A stretch of DNA of 64,000 nucleotides from Acidobacteriota bacterium (lineage in GTDB: Bacteria; Acidobacteriota; UBA6911; RPQK01; JAJDTT01): NCBI GenBank assembly GCA_965263035.1, contig OZ253580.1, positions 3,712,001 through 3,776,000 on the forward strand, in the 5' to 3' direction. Positions 19,706 to 29,427 of this stretch are shown here, piece after piece. Both the position numbers and the translations under genes were made by a program. Each line of letters starts with the position of its first letter. Within the stretch, counting starts at the first letter, position 1. Under the pieces are notes generated by a model, which was not told where the DNA came from, ran no database searches, and saw nothing but the letters and a program-made list of their open reading frames with translations.

Positions 19706-19866
19706 GGAGTCTGCGCGGTAGAAATGATCGTTGCGAGAAATCGGGGAATCGAGGCCAGATTTTCTCGATTTGGAGGTGCATAGTTGTTCTATTCGCCGAG
19801 AAATCGGGGAAATATGGACCGATTCTACCGCTTTCGCAGTAGATCAATTTCTGCCGCGCAGGCTCC
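19706..19866 (+). mobile_element. Palindromic MITE-like repeat family A, copy A1 (161 bp)
   Basis: Terminal inverted repeats GGAGTCTGCGCGGTAGAAAT.../...ATTTCTGCCGCGCAGGCTCC; whole element is an imperfect hairpin with ATAG-TTGTT-CTAT apex; near-identical copies at 43303 and 45065. Confidence 0.85.
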
Positions 19867-19905
19867 TAGTGACAGTATGACCATGTTGGATTGGGAGAAG
19901 AGAGC

Positions 19906-21804
19906 ATGAGGAATTCACGTTACGGGAAATGTTGTGGGTTTGCGGCGGCCGCAACGGTGCTGGTCCTGCTGGCCGCCGGCTGTCAGTTGGGGGAACCCTG
20001 GCGCGAAGACAATGCCCGGGTGATCCAAGAGAATGGAGTCCAGGGGAGGGAGCGAGAGCTTCCCGATCTGGACGTCCGCTCCAACCTGGATTGGGACAAG
20101 GTCTATCCCCATGAGACGCTTCCCAATCTGGAGTTGGCTCCCGGGGTCGCGGCCAGGGCCGCTTGGGGTCAGGGCACCCTCTACGAATACGTCACCTTGG
20201 CGCCGGGAGCCGTCTATCCTGAAGAGACACTGGCCGTGGAAGTGATCACCAAGGTCCGGGCCGGCGGCGTCACCCTGCGGGTGGAGGACACGGACCACAC
20301 ACTGGCTCGAAACGAAGTGATCTATCTGGCCGAGGGGACCCGCCGCCGAATGGAGGCGGGCGCCGAGGGCGCGGAGCTGGTCGAGGTCTTTTCTCCTCTC
20401 AGAACCGACCATCTGGAGTTGGCCGGTGTCGAGGTGGACCCCGCCGAGATGCCGGATCAGGGGGTGATGCCCTCGTTGAAAGCGGGCAAGGTCTACAATA
20501 TGGGGCAAATTCAACTCACGCCCCTGATCCCGCCCGACAAGAATCTTCCCTACCCACGCAGCAGGGCGTATTCCCGCCTCATCTGGGGCAGGAACGCCAT
20601 GCTCAGCTTCATCACCCTGGATCCTTCGGCGTCCTTTCCCTTGCACATCCATCCCGAGGACCAGCTGATGATCGTGCTTCGAGGGGGGGTGTTGCAGACC
20701 ATGGTGGATCTCAAGCTGCCGGTGGACGGACAGGCCCGGCATGCCCTCTTCGTTCCGGGAGGGATGGTGCATGCCGGGGACTCGGGGGAGTTCGGAGCGG
20801 ATGTCCTGGATGCCTTCTGGCCGGTGAGACCCGACTATCTGGAGGCGGCCTCCCGGCAGAGCACCCGTTTTCAGGAGGTGATCGCCGCCGGAACCGAGCC
20901 GGAGCGGGTGGCGACCGGCTTTACGTTCCTGGAGGGTCCCACCTGGCTGGACGGGCGCCTCTACTTCTCCGATATGTACTTCAAGGATCCGGCCAACGGT
21001 GACTGGACCGGAGATCCCAAGCAGAGCCGCCTGATCCGTATGGATCCGAACGGTGAGACCAAGGTGCTCTCCCGGGGCCGGCAGACCAATGGAACCATTG
21101 CCTCCCGGCGCGGCAACCTCATCGTCTGCGACATGTTCGGACACCGCGTCGTGGAGGTCCATCCCCGGTCCGGACGGGTGGTCCGCAACCTGCTCAGACG
21201 GGTCGACGGCAAGGCGGTGGACGGCCCCAACGACCTGGTCATGGACGCCAAAGGGGGCATCTACGTCACCGATCCCCAGTTCACGCTGGAGGCGAAGAAG
21301 AGCCAGCCCGGCGCCCAGGTCTACTACGTCCCGCGGAGAGGTCGCGCCCGCGTGGTGGTGCCCGCCGGGGAATTCGCCATGCCCAACGGCGTGGAGATCT
21401 CACCGGACGGGAAGACGCTCTACCTGAACAACACCTGGAAGAGCCCGGGCGAGAACTTCATTTGGGCCTACGACATCCAGGAGAACGGATCGCTCACGAA
21501 CAAGCGCAAGTTCGCCATGCTCAATCTGACGCCCGAAGTGATGGATGCCGCTGACCCCGAAGACCGGGTGAATACCCAGGCCGACGGGATGGCGGTGGAC
21601 ATGGAGGGCCGAATCTATGTCGGGACCCTCTCCGGAGTACAGATCTTCGATAAGACCGGTCTTTACGTCGGGACCATCGCACCCCCGGAACTTCCAGTGG
21701 TGAGCTGCACCTTCGGAGGCGAGAATTACGACGAGCTCTACATGGTCAGTCCCAATTCCGTCTGGAGGATACCGACGAGGGTTCAAGGCTTCCGGCATCC
21801 GTAG
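19906..21804 (+). CDS. Lipoprotein: tandem cupin domains fused to SMP-30/gluconolactonase
   Basis: Lipobox LLAAGC; cupin HIHPEDQ...GMVHAG; GFTFLEGPTW, GPNDLV, PNGVEISPDG and ADGMAVD. Confidence 0.8.
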   Translation: MRNSRYGKCCGFAAAATVLVLLAAGCQLGEPWREDNARVIQENGVQGRERELPDLDVRSNLDWDKVYPHETLPNLELAPGVAARAAWGQGTLYEYVTLAPGAVYPEETLAVEVITKVRAGGVTLRVEDTDHTLARNEVIYLAEGTRRRMEAGAEGAELVEVFSPLRTDHLELAGVEVDPAEMPDQGVMPSLKAGKVYNMGQIQLTPLIPPDKNLPYPRSRAYSRLIWGRNAMLSFITLDPSASFPLHIHPEDQLMIVLRGGVLQTMVDLKLPVDGQARHALFVPGGMVHAGDSGEFGADVLDAFWPVRPDYLEAASRQSTRFQEVIAAGTEPERVATGFTFLEGPTWLDGRLYFSDMYFKDPANGDWTGDPKQSRLIRMDPNGETKVLSRGRQTNGTIASRRGNLIVCDMFGHRVVEVHPRSGRVVRNLLRRVDGKAVDGPNDLVMDAKGGIYVTDPQFTLEAKKSQPGAQVYYVPRRGRARVVVPAGEFAMPNGVEISPDGKTLYLNNTWKSPGENFIWAYDIQENGSLTNKRKFAMLNLTPEVMDAADPEDRVNTQADGMAVDMEGRIYVGTLSGVQIFDKTGLYVGTIAPPELPVVSCTFGGENYDELYMVSPNSVWRIPTRVQGFRHP

Positions 21805-21826
21805 CGTCCGGGCCACAAGGCACAAC

Positions 21827-23413
21827 ATGAAGAAGCCGCGCATCTACTTTTACAACGACGGCCGCCATCCGTTGATCTACATGTACGAGCCTCCCATGCA
21901 GAAGGAGGAGTACGAAGCGGCCGTGGACGAGGTGTTGGGAACTCCCGTCGAAGCCCTGGTCTTCGCCCTGGGCGAGGGGCGCACCATGCTCCACGACACC
22001 AAGGCCGGCGAGCTCTGGGGGCACAACGTGGACAAGTGGCCCCACTTGATCTGGCGGCGCGCCCATCAGAACGCTCGCATGATGATCGATGCCGGAGATG
22101 ATCCGTTGCGAGTCGTCGCCGACCGGGCCCGTAGCGAGAACATCCAGTTCTATCCCTCCCTAAACGTTCAATGGGCGGCCGTCGAACGGGGCGAGGGGAC
22201 CGTTTGGGTTCGAGTCTCCGACTTCCGTTGGGACAACAAACACTTGGAAATCGGCGCCGAGGGGGACGTGGACCCCGAGTATCCCGGCTTCGGGTGTCTG
22301 GATTTTCGACATCGGGAAGCACGGGACGAACGCTTCGCCATCGTGGAGGAGACGGTCCGGCGATACCCGGTGGACGGCTTCGAGCTCAACCTGAACGGTT
22401 ACCCCTATTTCTTCGCTCCTCACCGCATAGAAGAGGGGCGTCCCGTCCTTACCGAGTGGGTGAAGCGCGTCTCGGAGACGGTCCGAGGCAGCGGCGCCGG
22501 CCGCGAGCTGCTGGTGCGGGTGGCCACCAACCTGGCCGGCAGCTACTCGCTGGGAATGGACGTTGTGGAGTGGATTCGCCAGGGCCTGGTGGATGTCCTG
22601 GTGGTTCAGGACCGGCCGGGCGTGGTCAACCAAATGGCTGATTTCCGTTCCCTGGTAAAGGCGGCTCGAGGAACAGGTACGCGGATCGTAGCGGCGATCC
22701 AGAGCATGGTCAGGACAGACCGGCTGGATGTGGAAACCATCGAGATGCTCCGGGCTACCGCCTGCAACTACTGGGCTCAGGGCATCGACGGGATGTTCCT
22801 GGATCGGGGCTGGTTTCTGGACTGGCCCTACGAAGCCCCTTTCTACCAGAAGCTCCGGGAGTTGCCCTATCCACGCGTGATGGAGACCCGGGACAAGCAT
22901 TACCATCTGTTGACCCAGCCGGGCCCGGGGGTCGAAGACACGGTCCTTCAGACGCGGGCCCCGCTTCCGGCCAAACTGGAGGTGGGCCGGCCGGTCCACC
23001 TAGATTTCACCATCAGCGACGATCTGCCCCGCTGGGATTCGGTGGGACGGGTTCATCGGGTCCTGCTGAGGATTCGGGTGAGGCAGACGACGGAGTTGGA
23101 TCGCTTGCGGTTTCGACTCAACGGGCGGGAGCTTCCTGAAGATTCGCTCCGGAAGATCAATCATATGTACAAGATGCACGCCCCGCGCAAACGGATCTCA
23201 GGCTATTGGTTCGTCTACACGCTGGAGCGCGAGCATTGGCCCCGGCGGGGCGCCAACCGGATGGAGATCACTCTGCTGGAGCGGGACCCGGAGGTGACAA
23301 AACCGATCACCGTTCGCGATTTGGAGTTGGAGACACGGTACCTGATGGGACAGAACTTCCACCGGGAATACGTGGATCCGGACCTGGGGCCTTACGAATT
23401 CTCTACCGCCTGA
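21827..23413 (+). CDS. TIM-barrel glycoside hydrolase-like protein, paralog 3 (no signal peptide)
   Basis: Close paralog of 17998-19701 (YMYEPPM, HDTKAGELWG, KWPHLIWRRA, DGFELNL, DDLPRWD). Confidence 0.6.
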   Translation: MKKPRIYFYNDGRHPLIYMYEPPMQKEEYEAAVDEVLGTPVEALVFALGEGRTMLHDTKAGELWGHNVDKWPHLIWRRAHQNARMMIDAGDDPLRVVADRARSENIQFYPSLNVQWAAVERGEGTVWVRVSDFRWDNKHLEIGAEGDVDPEYPGFGCLDFRHREARDERFAIVEETVRRYPVDGFELNLNGYPYFFAPHRIEEGRPVLTEWVKRVSETVRGSGAGRELLVRVATNLAGSYSLGMDVVEWIRQGLVDVLVVQDRPGVVNQMADFRSLVKAARGTGTRIVAAIQSMVRTDRLDVETIEMLRATACNYWAQGIDGMFLDRGWFLDWPYEAPFYQKLRELPYPRVMETRDKHYHLLTQPGPGVEDTVLQTRAPLPAKLEVGRPVHLDFTISDDLPRWDSVGRVHRVLLRIRVRQTTELDRLRFRLNGRELPEDSLRKINHMYKMHAPRKRISGYWFVYTLEREHWPRRGANRMEITLLERDPEVTKPITVRDLELETRYLMGQNFHREYVDPDLGPYEFSTA

Positions 23414-23430
23414 CGGGCGGGAGGGGACAT

Positions 23431-23533
23431 GGAGGGGCGACATCCTGGTCGCCCATTCTTTCTTTTCTCGGTTCTTTCCTGCCTCAGGTTTTTTGGGAGG
23501 TCGGCTACGGGGCGGCTGGAAACCGCCGCTCCT
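23431..23533. repeat. REP-doublet (REPIN-like) element, family C, empty copy
   Basis: GGAGGGGCGAC-ATCCTG-GTCGCCC followed by GGCGGCTGGAAACCGCCGCTCCT, two short hairpins in inverted orientation between convergent genes; same architecture flanks the intron at 31271-31984. Confidence 0.7.
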
Positions 23534-23551
23534 CGACCGGTGGGACAGCCT

Positions 23552-24439
23552 CTATTTTGTCTCTACCACGACCGTGTCCAACTTGTCCTTTTCCCGGGCG
23601 ACGCCGATGATCATCAGTTCCAGGGAAGAATCCCGGTCGCTGGCGATCGAATGGGCTTCGCCCAGAAGGACCGGAACGGCGTCTCCCCCGGATACTGGAG
23701 CGGTCTCTTCCCGGTCGCCCGCACCGAGGCGGAAGGTTCCCGACCCGTGCATCACGTAGAACACTTCCTCCACGCCCTGGTGCCGGTGTTTCCCCAGCGA
23801 GGTTCCCGGCGGAAGGAGCAGGTGGTCCACGTAGGCCCAATTGGTACGGAACACCTCCGGTGAGAGCGCCCGGCGGTAGCGGACGGTTCCGGTCCCGCCG
23901 TGGAGTCTTTCCGTGGACTTGAGCAGCCGGCGGTCCAGGCGCATGGTCATGAAAACGGGTACGCGGTCTTTGGGGACGTCGACCCGGTCGTCCCCCAGAT
24001 CGAAGGCGTCATACTTTCGCTTGACCGTGGAGACGGCGATGTTCATCCACTGCGTAGGCCGGTCCGATGGGTTGTAGATGCCGTGGGAGCTTCCCTGCCG
24101 GCAGGGCGCTCCGGCCGGACCCTGAACCGTGGAGGTCCTCCCGTCGATGGTGAACTCGGCCTCGTTGTCGAAGATGACGTACATCTCCTCCATCCGGTTG
24201 TGGAAATGGTGGCCGATGCCTCCCCCGGGATGCAGCACTCCCCGGTGGACGAACAGGAGGTTCGTGGTCAGGGCGTCCCGTCCCAGGAGGGTCGTGTAGG
24301 CCATCTCACCGGCGCCGCCATGGACGGCTTGAATCGTCCGCAAGGCCTCGGGCGTGGTGTGGCCGATCCGTTCCGCAAGGGGGTTTTTTTGGGCCGCGGC
24401 CGGAGTGAAGAACAGAAACAGTAGGGGAAGTACTCTCAT
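23552..24439 (-). CDS. Exported bicupin protein
   Basis: Signal peptide; two cupin motifs [12 protein letters not shown] and [13 protein letters not shown]. Confidence 0.8.
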   Translation of the reverse strand: MRVLPLLFLFFTPAAAQKNPLAERIGHTTPEALRTIQAVHGGAGEMAYTTLLGRDALTTNLLFVHRGVLHPGGGIGHHFHNRMEEMYVIFDNEAEFTIDGRTSTVQGPAGAPCRQGSSHGIYNPSDRPTQWMNIAVSTVKRKYDAFDLGDDRVDVPKDRVPVFMTMRLDRRLLKSTERLHGGTGTVRYRRALSPEVFRTNWAYVDHLLLPPGTSLGKHRHQGVEEVFYVMHGSGTFRLGAGDREETAPVSGGDAVPVLLGEAHSIASDRDSSLELMIIGVAREKDKLDTVVVETK

Positions 24440-24545
24440 AGGGAGATCCTGTCGAATGGATGCAGGCTGCTGAATTCGGCTTCAGCACGCCGAATCTCAT
24501 GCGGGACATTGATCGCCGGAACGCCCACCGGAGAATCCGGCGGCA

Positions 24546-25052
24546 TCACCAGCCGCGGCGGTTTCCCTCCAGGACGATTCGCCGGTAGACGGCGGGGGGC
24601 AACTGAAAGTCGTGGAACACCTTCAGCTTGTAGCGATCGTTCAAGAGATTCTTGAGCCGGAGGTTCCGTTTCAGGTTCCTTCCCGGCGGCCGGGTCCGGT
24701 CGGCCTCGTCCCGGGCCCTCTGCTCAGCCTTCTTCCAGGCCGCGTAAATGTCTCGGCGAACCGAGCTGTCCTGGGGAAGCTCCGCGACGAAAGCGACGGG
24801 CCGCGCCACCGACTTGTGGACATAGCGGGTCGCCGCGGAGAAGAGATGGATGGCGTACCAGTTGCCCTTTTCGTCCTCCAACTGGAAGACGTCGTTTCGA
24901 GCCGCCTTGGCTACGATTCCGGCGCCCCGGCGGGGTGCGTTGCGGATGTTGGCCACCCGGGTTCTGATCTCGACGTAGTGGGCTGCGCTCAGCAGCGGAC
25001 CGCTCAGGAGGAGAAGGATCAATCCCAGGCAAACCGACGGCATCGGTCTCAT
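24546..25052 (-). CDS. Exported SH3b-domain protein
   Basis: Signal peptide; ANIRNAP...GNWYAI...YVHKS SH3b pattern. Confidence 0.7.
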   Translation of the reverse strand: MRPMPSVCLGLILLLLSGPLLSAAHYVEIRTRVANIRNAPRRGAGIVAKAARNDVFQLEDEKGNWYAIHLFSAATRYVHKSVARPVAFVAELPQDSSVRRDIYAAWKKAEQRARDEADRTRPPGRNLKRNLRLKNLLNDRYKLKVFHDFQLPPAVYRRIVLEGNRRGW

Positions 25053-25059
25053 TTGCCCG

Positions 25060-25380
25060 TTACTCTCTGGACCGGGAGTTGGTGTCGGCGGCGGCGGATT
25101 CCGTCTCTTGGGACTCGGCGGACGGCTTTCTGATTCGAGGTCTCAGATGGGTCCCGGACCCCGGCGCCATCGGCTTCAGGTTCCGCACCTCGTGAAATTG
25201 AAATCCCATGGCCTCAGTCTCGTCCTCCTCAAAATCCGCGCCTTCGGGGTAGTCGTAGTGGTCTACGGGAGCCAGCCCCTTGCTCCGTTCCATACGGCGC
25301 TGGCGCTTCAGGCTGGCCTTCTCCATTCTGCGTAACTCTTTCTGCCGTTTGAGGTAGGACTGTCGAGACTTCCTGGCCAT
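25060..25380 (-). CDS. Small hypothetical protein, basic N-terminus and acidic middle
   Basis: GGAGG RBS before ATG 25380; MARKSRQSYLKRQKELRRMEKA. Confidence 0.55.
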   Translation of the reverse strand: MARKSRQSYLKRQKELRRMEKASLKRQRRMERSKGLAPVDHYDYPEGADFEEDETEAMGFQFHEVRNLKPMAPGSGTHLRPRIRKPSAESQETESAAADTNSRSRE

Positions 25381-25715
25381 ACGGAGGACCTCCGGGAGAT
25401 GGGACAAGAAAAGTTACGGGAATCTCGCCCGGAAAGATCCAACTCTACATGGAACCCGGAGAATTTTCCAGCGGGCGACATCGACCGCCGGCGGAGTTCC
25501 GGGGAGCATCCCCTGGGTCTTTCCGGAGATCGGTCCGACCTCCGCAGAGACGCACATGGAGCCACGTCATTCCGTACCTGGCCGCCCTTTTCGTAGAGAT
25601 CCTTCCCGAGGACCGCCAAGTGTGGTAGTCACATCATGACGTCAGACATCCGGCAACATCTCCCGGCCACCAGCACCTTGATGGCCGTGAGCTCTGCCGG
25701 AGAAGGGACAGGAGA

Positions 25716-27911
25716 TTGACGCATTCTCGTTTCGTCCGAGTCAGCAGTGGCCTTGGACCATTGAACCGGGGGTGGGCCTGCTTGCCTCTCTTGTTGCTCG
25801 TCCTGGTGTTTTCGCGATTCTCCCAGGCTCAGGAACGAAGTGTTCCGGAACGTGGATACAGGGACTGGCGGGTGTACGGGGGAACCTCCGAAAGCATTCG
25901 CTACTCGGCTTTGACCCAGATCCACCGTGAGAACGTTCAACGGCTCCAGCTGGCCTGGAAGCACGACACCGGCGATGCCTACGAAGACTCGGAGATGCCC
26001 TGCAATCCCATTGTCATCGGCGATGTCCTCTATGCCGTGACGCCGACGCTGCGGATCTTTGCGCTGGAGGCGGCCACCGGAAAGTCGCTCTGGCGGGCCG
26101 AACTTCCAGGAGAATTCACCCGCGCGCAACGGCGCAGCCGCGGGGTCGTCTGGTGGGGAGATGAACGGGAAGAGCGTATCTTCGCCACCAAGGGGCCGTA
26201 CCTCTATGCCTTGGACGCTCGCAACGGCCGGCTGATTCCGGGCTTCGGCGACTCTGGGCGAGTCGACCTCAGAGTCGGCTTGGGCCGTCCGCCCGAGACC
26301 CTTCGGATCTGGGCCAGGACGCCCGGTGTGATCTACCGGGACCTCCTGATCCAGGGCAGCGTCATGAGCGAGGGCCTGCCTGCTCCGCCCGGCGACGTGC
26401 GCGCCTACGACGTGCGTTCCGGCGAGCTCCGGTGGTCTTTTCACACGATTCCGCGTCCCGGAGAGACGGGTTACGAGACTTGGCCGGCGGAGGCCTGGAA
26501 ATACGCCGGAGCCGCCAACAGCTGGGCGGGCCTGAGCGTGGACCTGCAGCGGGGACTGGTCTTCATACCCACGGGGTCCGCCTCCTTCGACTTCTATGGA
26601 GCCAACCGCCACGGCGATAATCTCTTTGCCAATTCTCTGATTGCGCTCCGGGCCGCCACCGGGGAGCGCGTCTGGCATTTTCAGTTGGTCCGCCACGATC
26701 TCTGGGATCGGGATCTCCCGGCACAGCCATCCCTGGTCACGGTGAAGCGGGACGGGCGGCTGGTGGACGCGGTGGCCCAGACCACCAAGTCGGGTCACGT
26801 CTTCGTATTCGACCGGGATCGGGGAACTCCCCTGTTCCCCATCGAGTACCGGCCGACGCCGGAAACCGACGTCGAAGGTGAACGGGTCGTCTCCAGCCAG
26901 CCGTTCCCCCTGAAGCCGCCCCCGTTTGCCCGGCAACGGCTGACGGAAGAGATCGTCACCCGCCGCACTCCGGAGGCGCGCAAGGCGGTCCTGGAGCGAC
27001 TCAGGAGTCTCCGCAACGAAGGACCCTTCACGCCTCCCAGCCTTCAGGGAACGGTGATCTTTCCCGGGTTCGACGGTGGAGCGAATTGGGGCGGAGCCGC
27101 CTTCGATCCCGAGACCGGACTGCTCTACGTCAATGCCAACGAAATGGCCTGGATCCTGCGGTTGGTGGAGACGTCCCGTCCCGATCAACCGTTCGGCGGC
27201 CGGCAGTTGTATCTGGATCGTTGCTCCGGGTGTCACCGGGAAGATCTCCGGGGGACTCCGCCCGAGTTCCCGTCTCTCGTCCACTTGAGGAACCGCTCGA
27301 CTGAGGCGGAGGTCGTCCGCATGATCCGTGAGGGCGGAGGCCGGATGCCAGGTTTTCATCAGTTGGAGCAGGATGAGCTTCGGGCGGTGGCGCTCTATCT
27401 CTTGAAGGGCGAGGATACTCCTCTGAGCAGAAAGGGCCGGAAAGCCCGGGACCCGATCCTCCGTTACCGGCACGACGGATACATCAAGTTGTTGGACCCG
27501 GACGGATATCCGGGTGTCCAGCCCCCTTGGGGCACTCTGACGGCCATCGATCTGGACCAGGGGGAAATCGCATGGCAGATCCCCTTCGGAGAGTTTCCCG
27601 AGTTGGCCGCCCAGGGGCTTCGGAACACGGGGACCGAGAACTACGGCGGCCCGGTGGTCACCGCCGGAGGCCTCGTCTTCATCGGGGCCACCAACCATGA
27701 CAGCAAGTTTCGCGCCTTCGACAAGGCCACGGGCCGGCTGTTGTGGGAGACGGGTCTTCCGGCGGGAGGGAATGCCACTCCTGCCGTGTATCAGGCCGGC
27801 GGACGCCAGTTCGTGGTCATTGCCGCCGGGGGCGGCAAATCGGGGGCGCCGTCGGGGGGCAGCTATTTGGCGTTTGCCTTGCCGGACGGTGAAATCGAGA
27901 ATGCCCCCTGA
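25716..27911 (+). CDS. PQQ-dependent dehydrogenase (glucose/quinate type) with inserted cytochrome c domain
   Basis: [30 protein letters not shown] and heme motif CSGCH. Confidence 0.9.
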   Translation: MTHSRFVRVSSGLGPLNRGWACLPLLLLVLVFSRFSQAQERSVPERGYRDWRVYGGTSESIRYSALTQIHRENVQRLQLAWKHDTGDAYEDSEMPCNPIVIGDVLYAVTPTLRIFALEAATGKSLWRAELPGEFTRAQRRSRGVVWWGDEREERIFATKGPYLYALDARNGRLIPGFGDSGRVDLRVGLGRPPETLRIWARTPGVIYRDLLIQGSVMSEGLPAPPGDVRAYDVRSGELRWSFHTIPRPGETGYETWPAEAWKYAGAANSWAGLSVDLQRGLVFIPTGSASFDFYGANRHGDNLFANSLIALRAATGERVWHFQLVRHDLWDRDLPAQPSLVTVKRDGRLVDAVAQTTKSGHVFVFDRDRGTPLFPIEYRPTPETDVEGERVVSSQPFPLKPPPFARQRLTEEIVTRRTPEARKAVLERLRSLRNEGPFTPPSLQGTVIFPGFDGGANWGGAAFDPETGLLYVNANEMAWILRLVETSRPDQPFGGRQLYLDRCSGCHREDLRGTPPEFPSLVHLRNRSTEAEVVRMIREGGGRMPGFHQLEQDELRAVALYLLKGEDTPLSRKGRKARDPILRYRHDGYIKLLDPDGYPGVQPPWGTLTAIDLDQGEIAWQIPFGEFPELAAQGLRNTGTENYGGPVVTAGGLVFIGATNHDSKFRAFDKATGRLLWETGLPAGGNATPAVYQAGGRQFVVIAAGGGKSGAPSGGSYLAFALPDGEIENAP

Positions 27912-28040
27912 CGCGTCTGGTGACCCGCTTCGGATCGATTTCCGATCTGAGCCGATTCGCACACGGTGCGGGGGCGGTCGAGGAGGAATCGAAACGGACC
28001 AGAGGTGAGTGGCCGTCACCAGCGGTTGTCCAGCATTCTC

Positions 28041-29210
28041 ATGTGGGTATTGAAAACAATCCTCCCATCGGCACTCCTCCTGACCTGTTCTCAGTTGATG
28101 GCGGCGGAACTCACCCGTTATCCCGTCGGCGGCAGTGGCATTCCCGGTGCGGTCCGCGTCGGAAGAGCGGGTCTGGCGCACACTGAAATGCTCCTTGGAG
28201 CCCCGGCTGGACAAGGGGCGTCCGGTCTCTCTGAAATCGCCACGCAGCTCGAGGCCATCGCCCGGCACTACGGATCGAGGCTTGAAGACGTGGCCAAGTT
28301 GAATCTCTATGTCGCGGAACCCAGTTCCGCCCTGATCGACCGGATCGGAACCGAAATCGAGCAGGAATGGCCACGCGGCGCCTGCCCCGCTCTCACGCTG
28401 ATTCCGTCGCCGATCCCGGGAGGCGCCTCCGCCGTCGCTGCGGACGCCGTCATCGCCGTACCCGTGAACGACGATGCGGTGACTCGGTTCGCCGACCGGG
28501 CCTCCGTGATGCCTGCCGGGCGCGACATCCTTTATGTTTCCGGCCGTGCGGCTTCCGGTGCGCTCGCAGAGGCCACGGCGGAGACGATGAATCAACTCTT
28601 CGAAGTGCTGGCCCACCTGGGGAGCACCCCGGCCGACGTGGTGCAGGTCAAGGCATTCATTCAACCCATGTCCCAGTGGGAGACCGTCCAACACGAAATC
28701 GACCGGTCGTTTGGCGCCGCCGCCACGCCGCCGGTGGTCCATGTTGCATGGACGTCCCCCTCGCGAGCTACGGAAATCGAGTTGATCGCGGCGGCGCCCG
28801 AGCGGGAGGAAACGGGAGAAACCGTCAGCTACTTCACTCCTCCCGGCGACGAGGCATCTCCGGTCTACAGCCGCGTGGCTCGGGTTCACTCGGACGAAGT
28901 GATCTACATTGGAGGTGTCAGCGCTTCGAATGCCGCCACGCCGCAACAGGAAGTTCGGTCGGTTTTGGAACAGATGAGGCGTCTTGCCGAAGCCGCCGGG
29001 TCGAACCTGAATCACTTGGCGAAAGCGACCTATTACGTTTCCGGCAGGCCGGTGTCGGCGATGCTGAACAAACTGCGGCCCGAGTACTATCTGCCGACGC
29101 GACCGCCGGCCGCATCCAAGATCTCCGTGGCCACCATCGGCGTCAGAGACCGCACCCTGTTGGTGGACATGGTCGCGGCGCCGGCGGGTCTGTTGTCGCC
29201 GGGGCGCTGA
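28041..29210 (+). CDS. Exported multi-domain RidA/YjgF family protein
   Basis: Repeated YjgF-like units (DVAKLNLYV, DVVQVKAFI, HLAKATYYV...RPPAAS); hydrophobic N-terminus. Confidence 0.7.
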   Translation: MWVLKTILPSALLLTCSQLMAAELTRYPVGGSGIPGAVRVGRAGLAHTEMLLGAPAGQGASGLSEIATQLEAIARHYGSRLEDVAKLNLYVAEPSSALIDRIGTEIEQEWPRGACPALTLIPSPIPGGASAVAADAVIAVPVNDDAVTRFADRASVMPAGRDILYVSGRAASGALAEATAETMNQLFEVLAHLGSTPADVVQVKAFIQPMSQWETVQHEIDRSFGAAATPPVVHVAWTSPSRATEIELIAAAPEREETGETVSYFTPPGDEASPVYSRVARVHSDEVIYIGGVSASNAATPQQEVRSVLEQMRRLAEAAGSNLNHLAKATYYVSGRPVSAMLNKLRPEYYLPTRPPAASKISVATIGVRDRTLLVDMVAAPAGLLSPGR

Positions 29211-29427
29211 CGTGTCGGGGGGACAAACGGCACCGATCCAGCCTGAATGATTCCGTGGAGGTTGGGTGCAGCGCCTCCGACTGACACGTACTCGACCCGG
29301 TGCGCCTCAAGCTCTCGGAAAAGCTGTAGAAAACGGTCGAAACTCAGGAATTATCTGCGAAAAGAGTAGCCTGACCCGGCTGTGGTAACCTGAGGTTCTC
29401 TCGGCTCATACTTCCGGCAGGGTTCCG

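Noticed and set aside
25629-29015. 1128-aa minus-strand ORF (and similar long ORFs such as 2849-5467, 13677-16283, 36547-38334)
   Set aside because: Antisense shadows of well-supported genes in high-GC DNA; no recognisable motifs.
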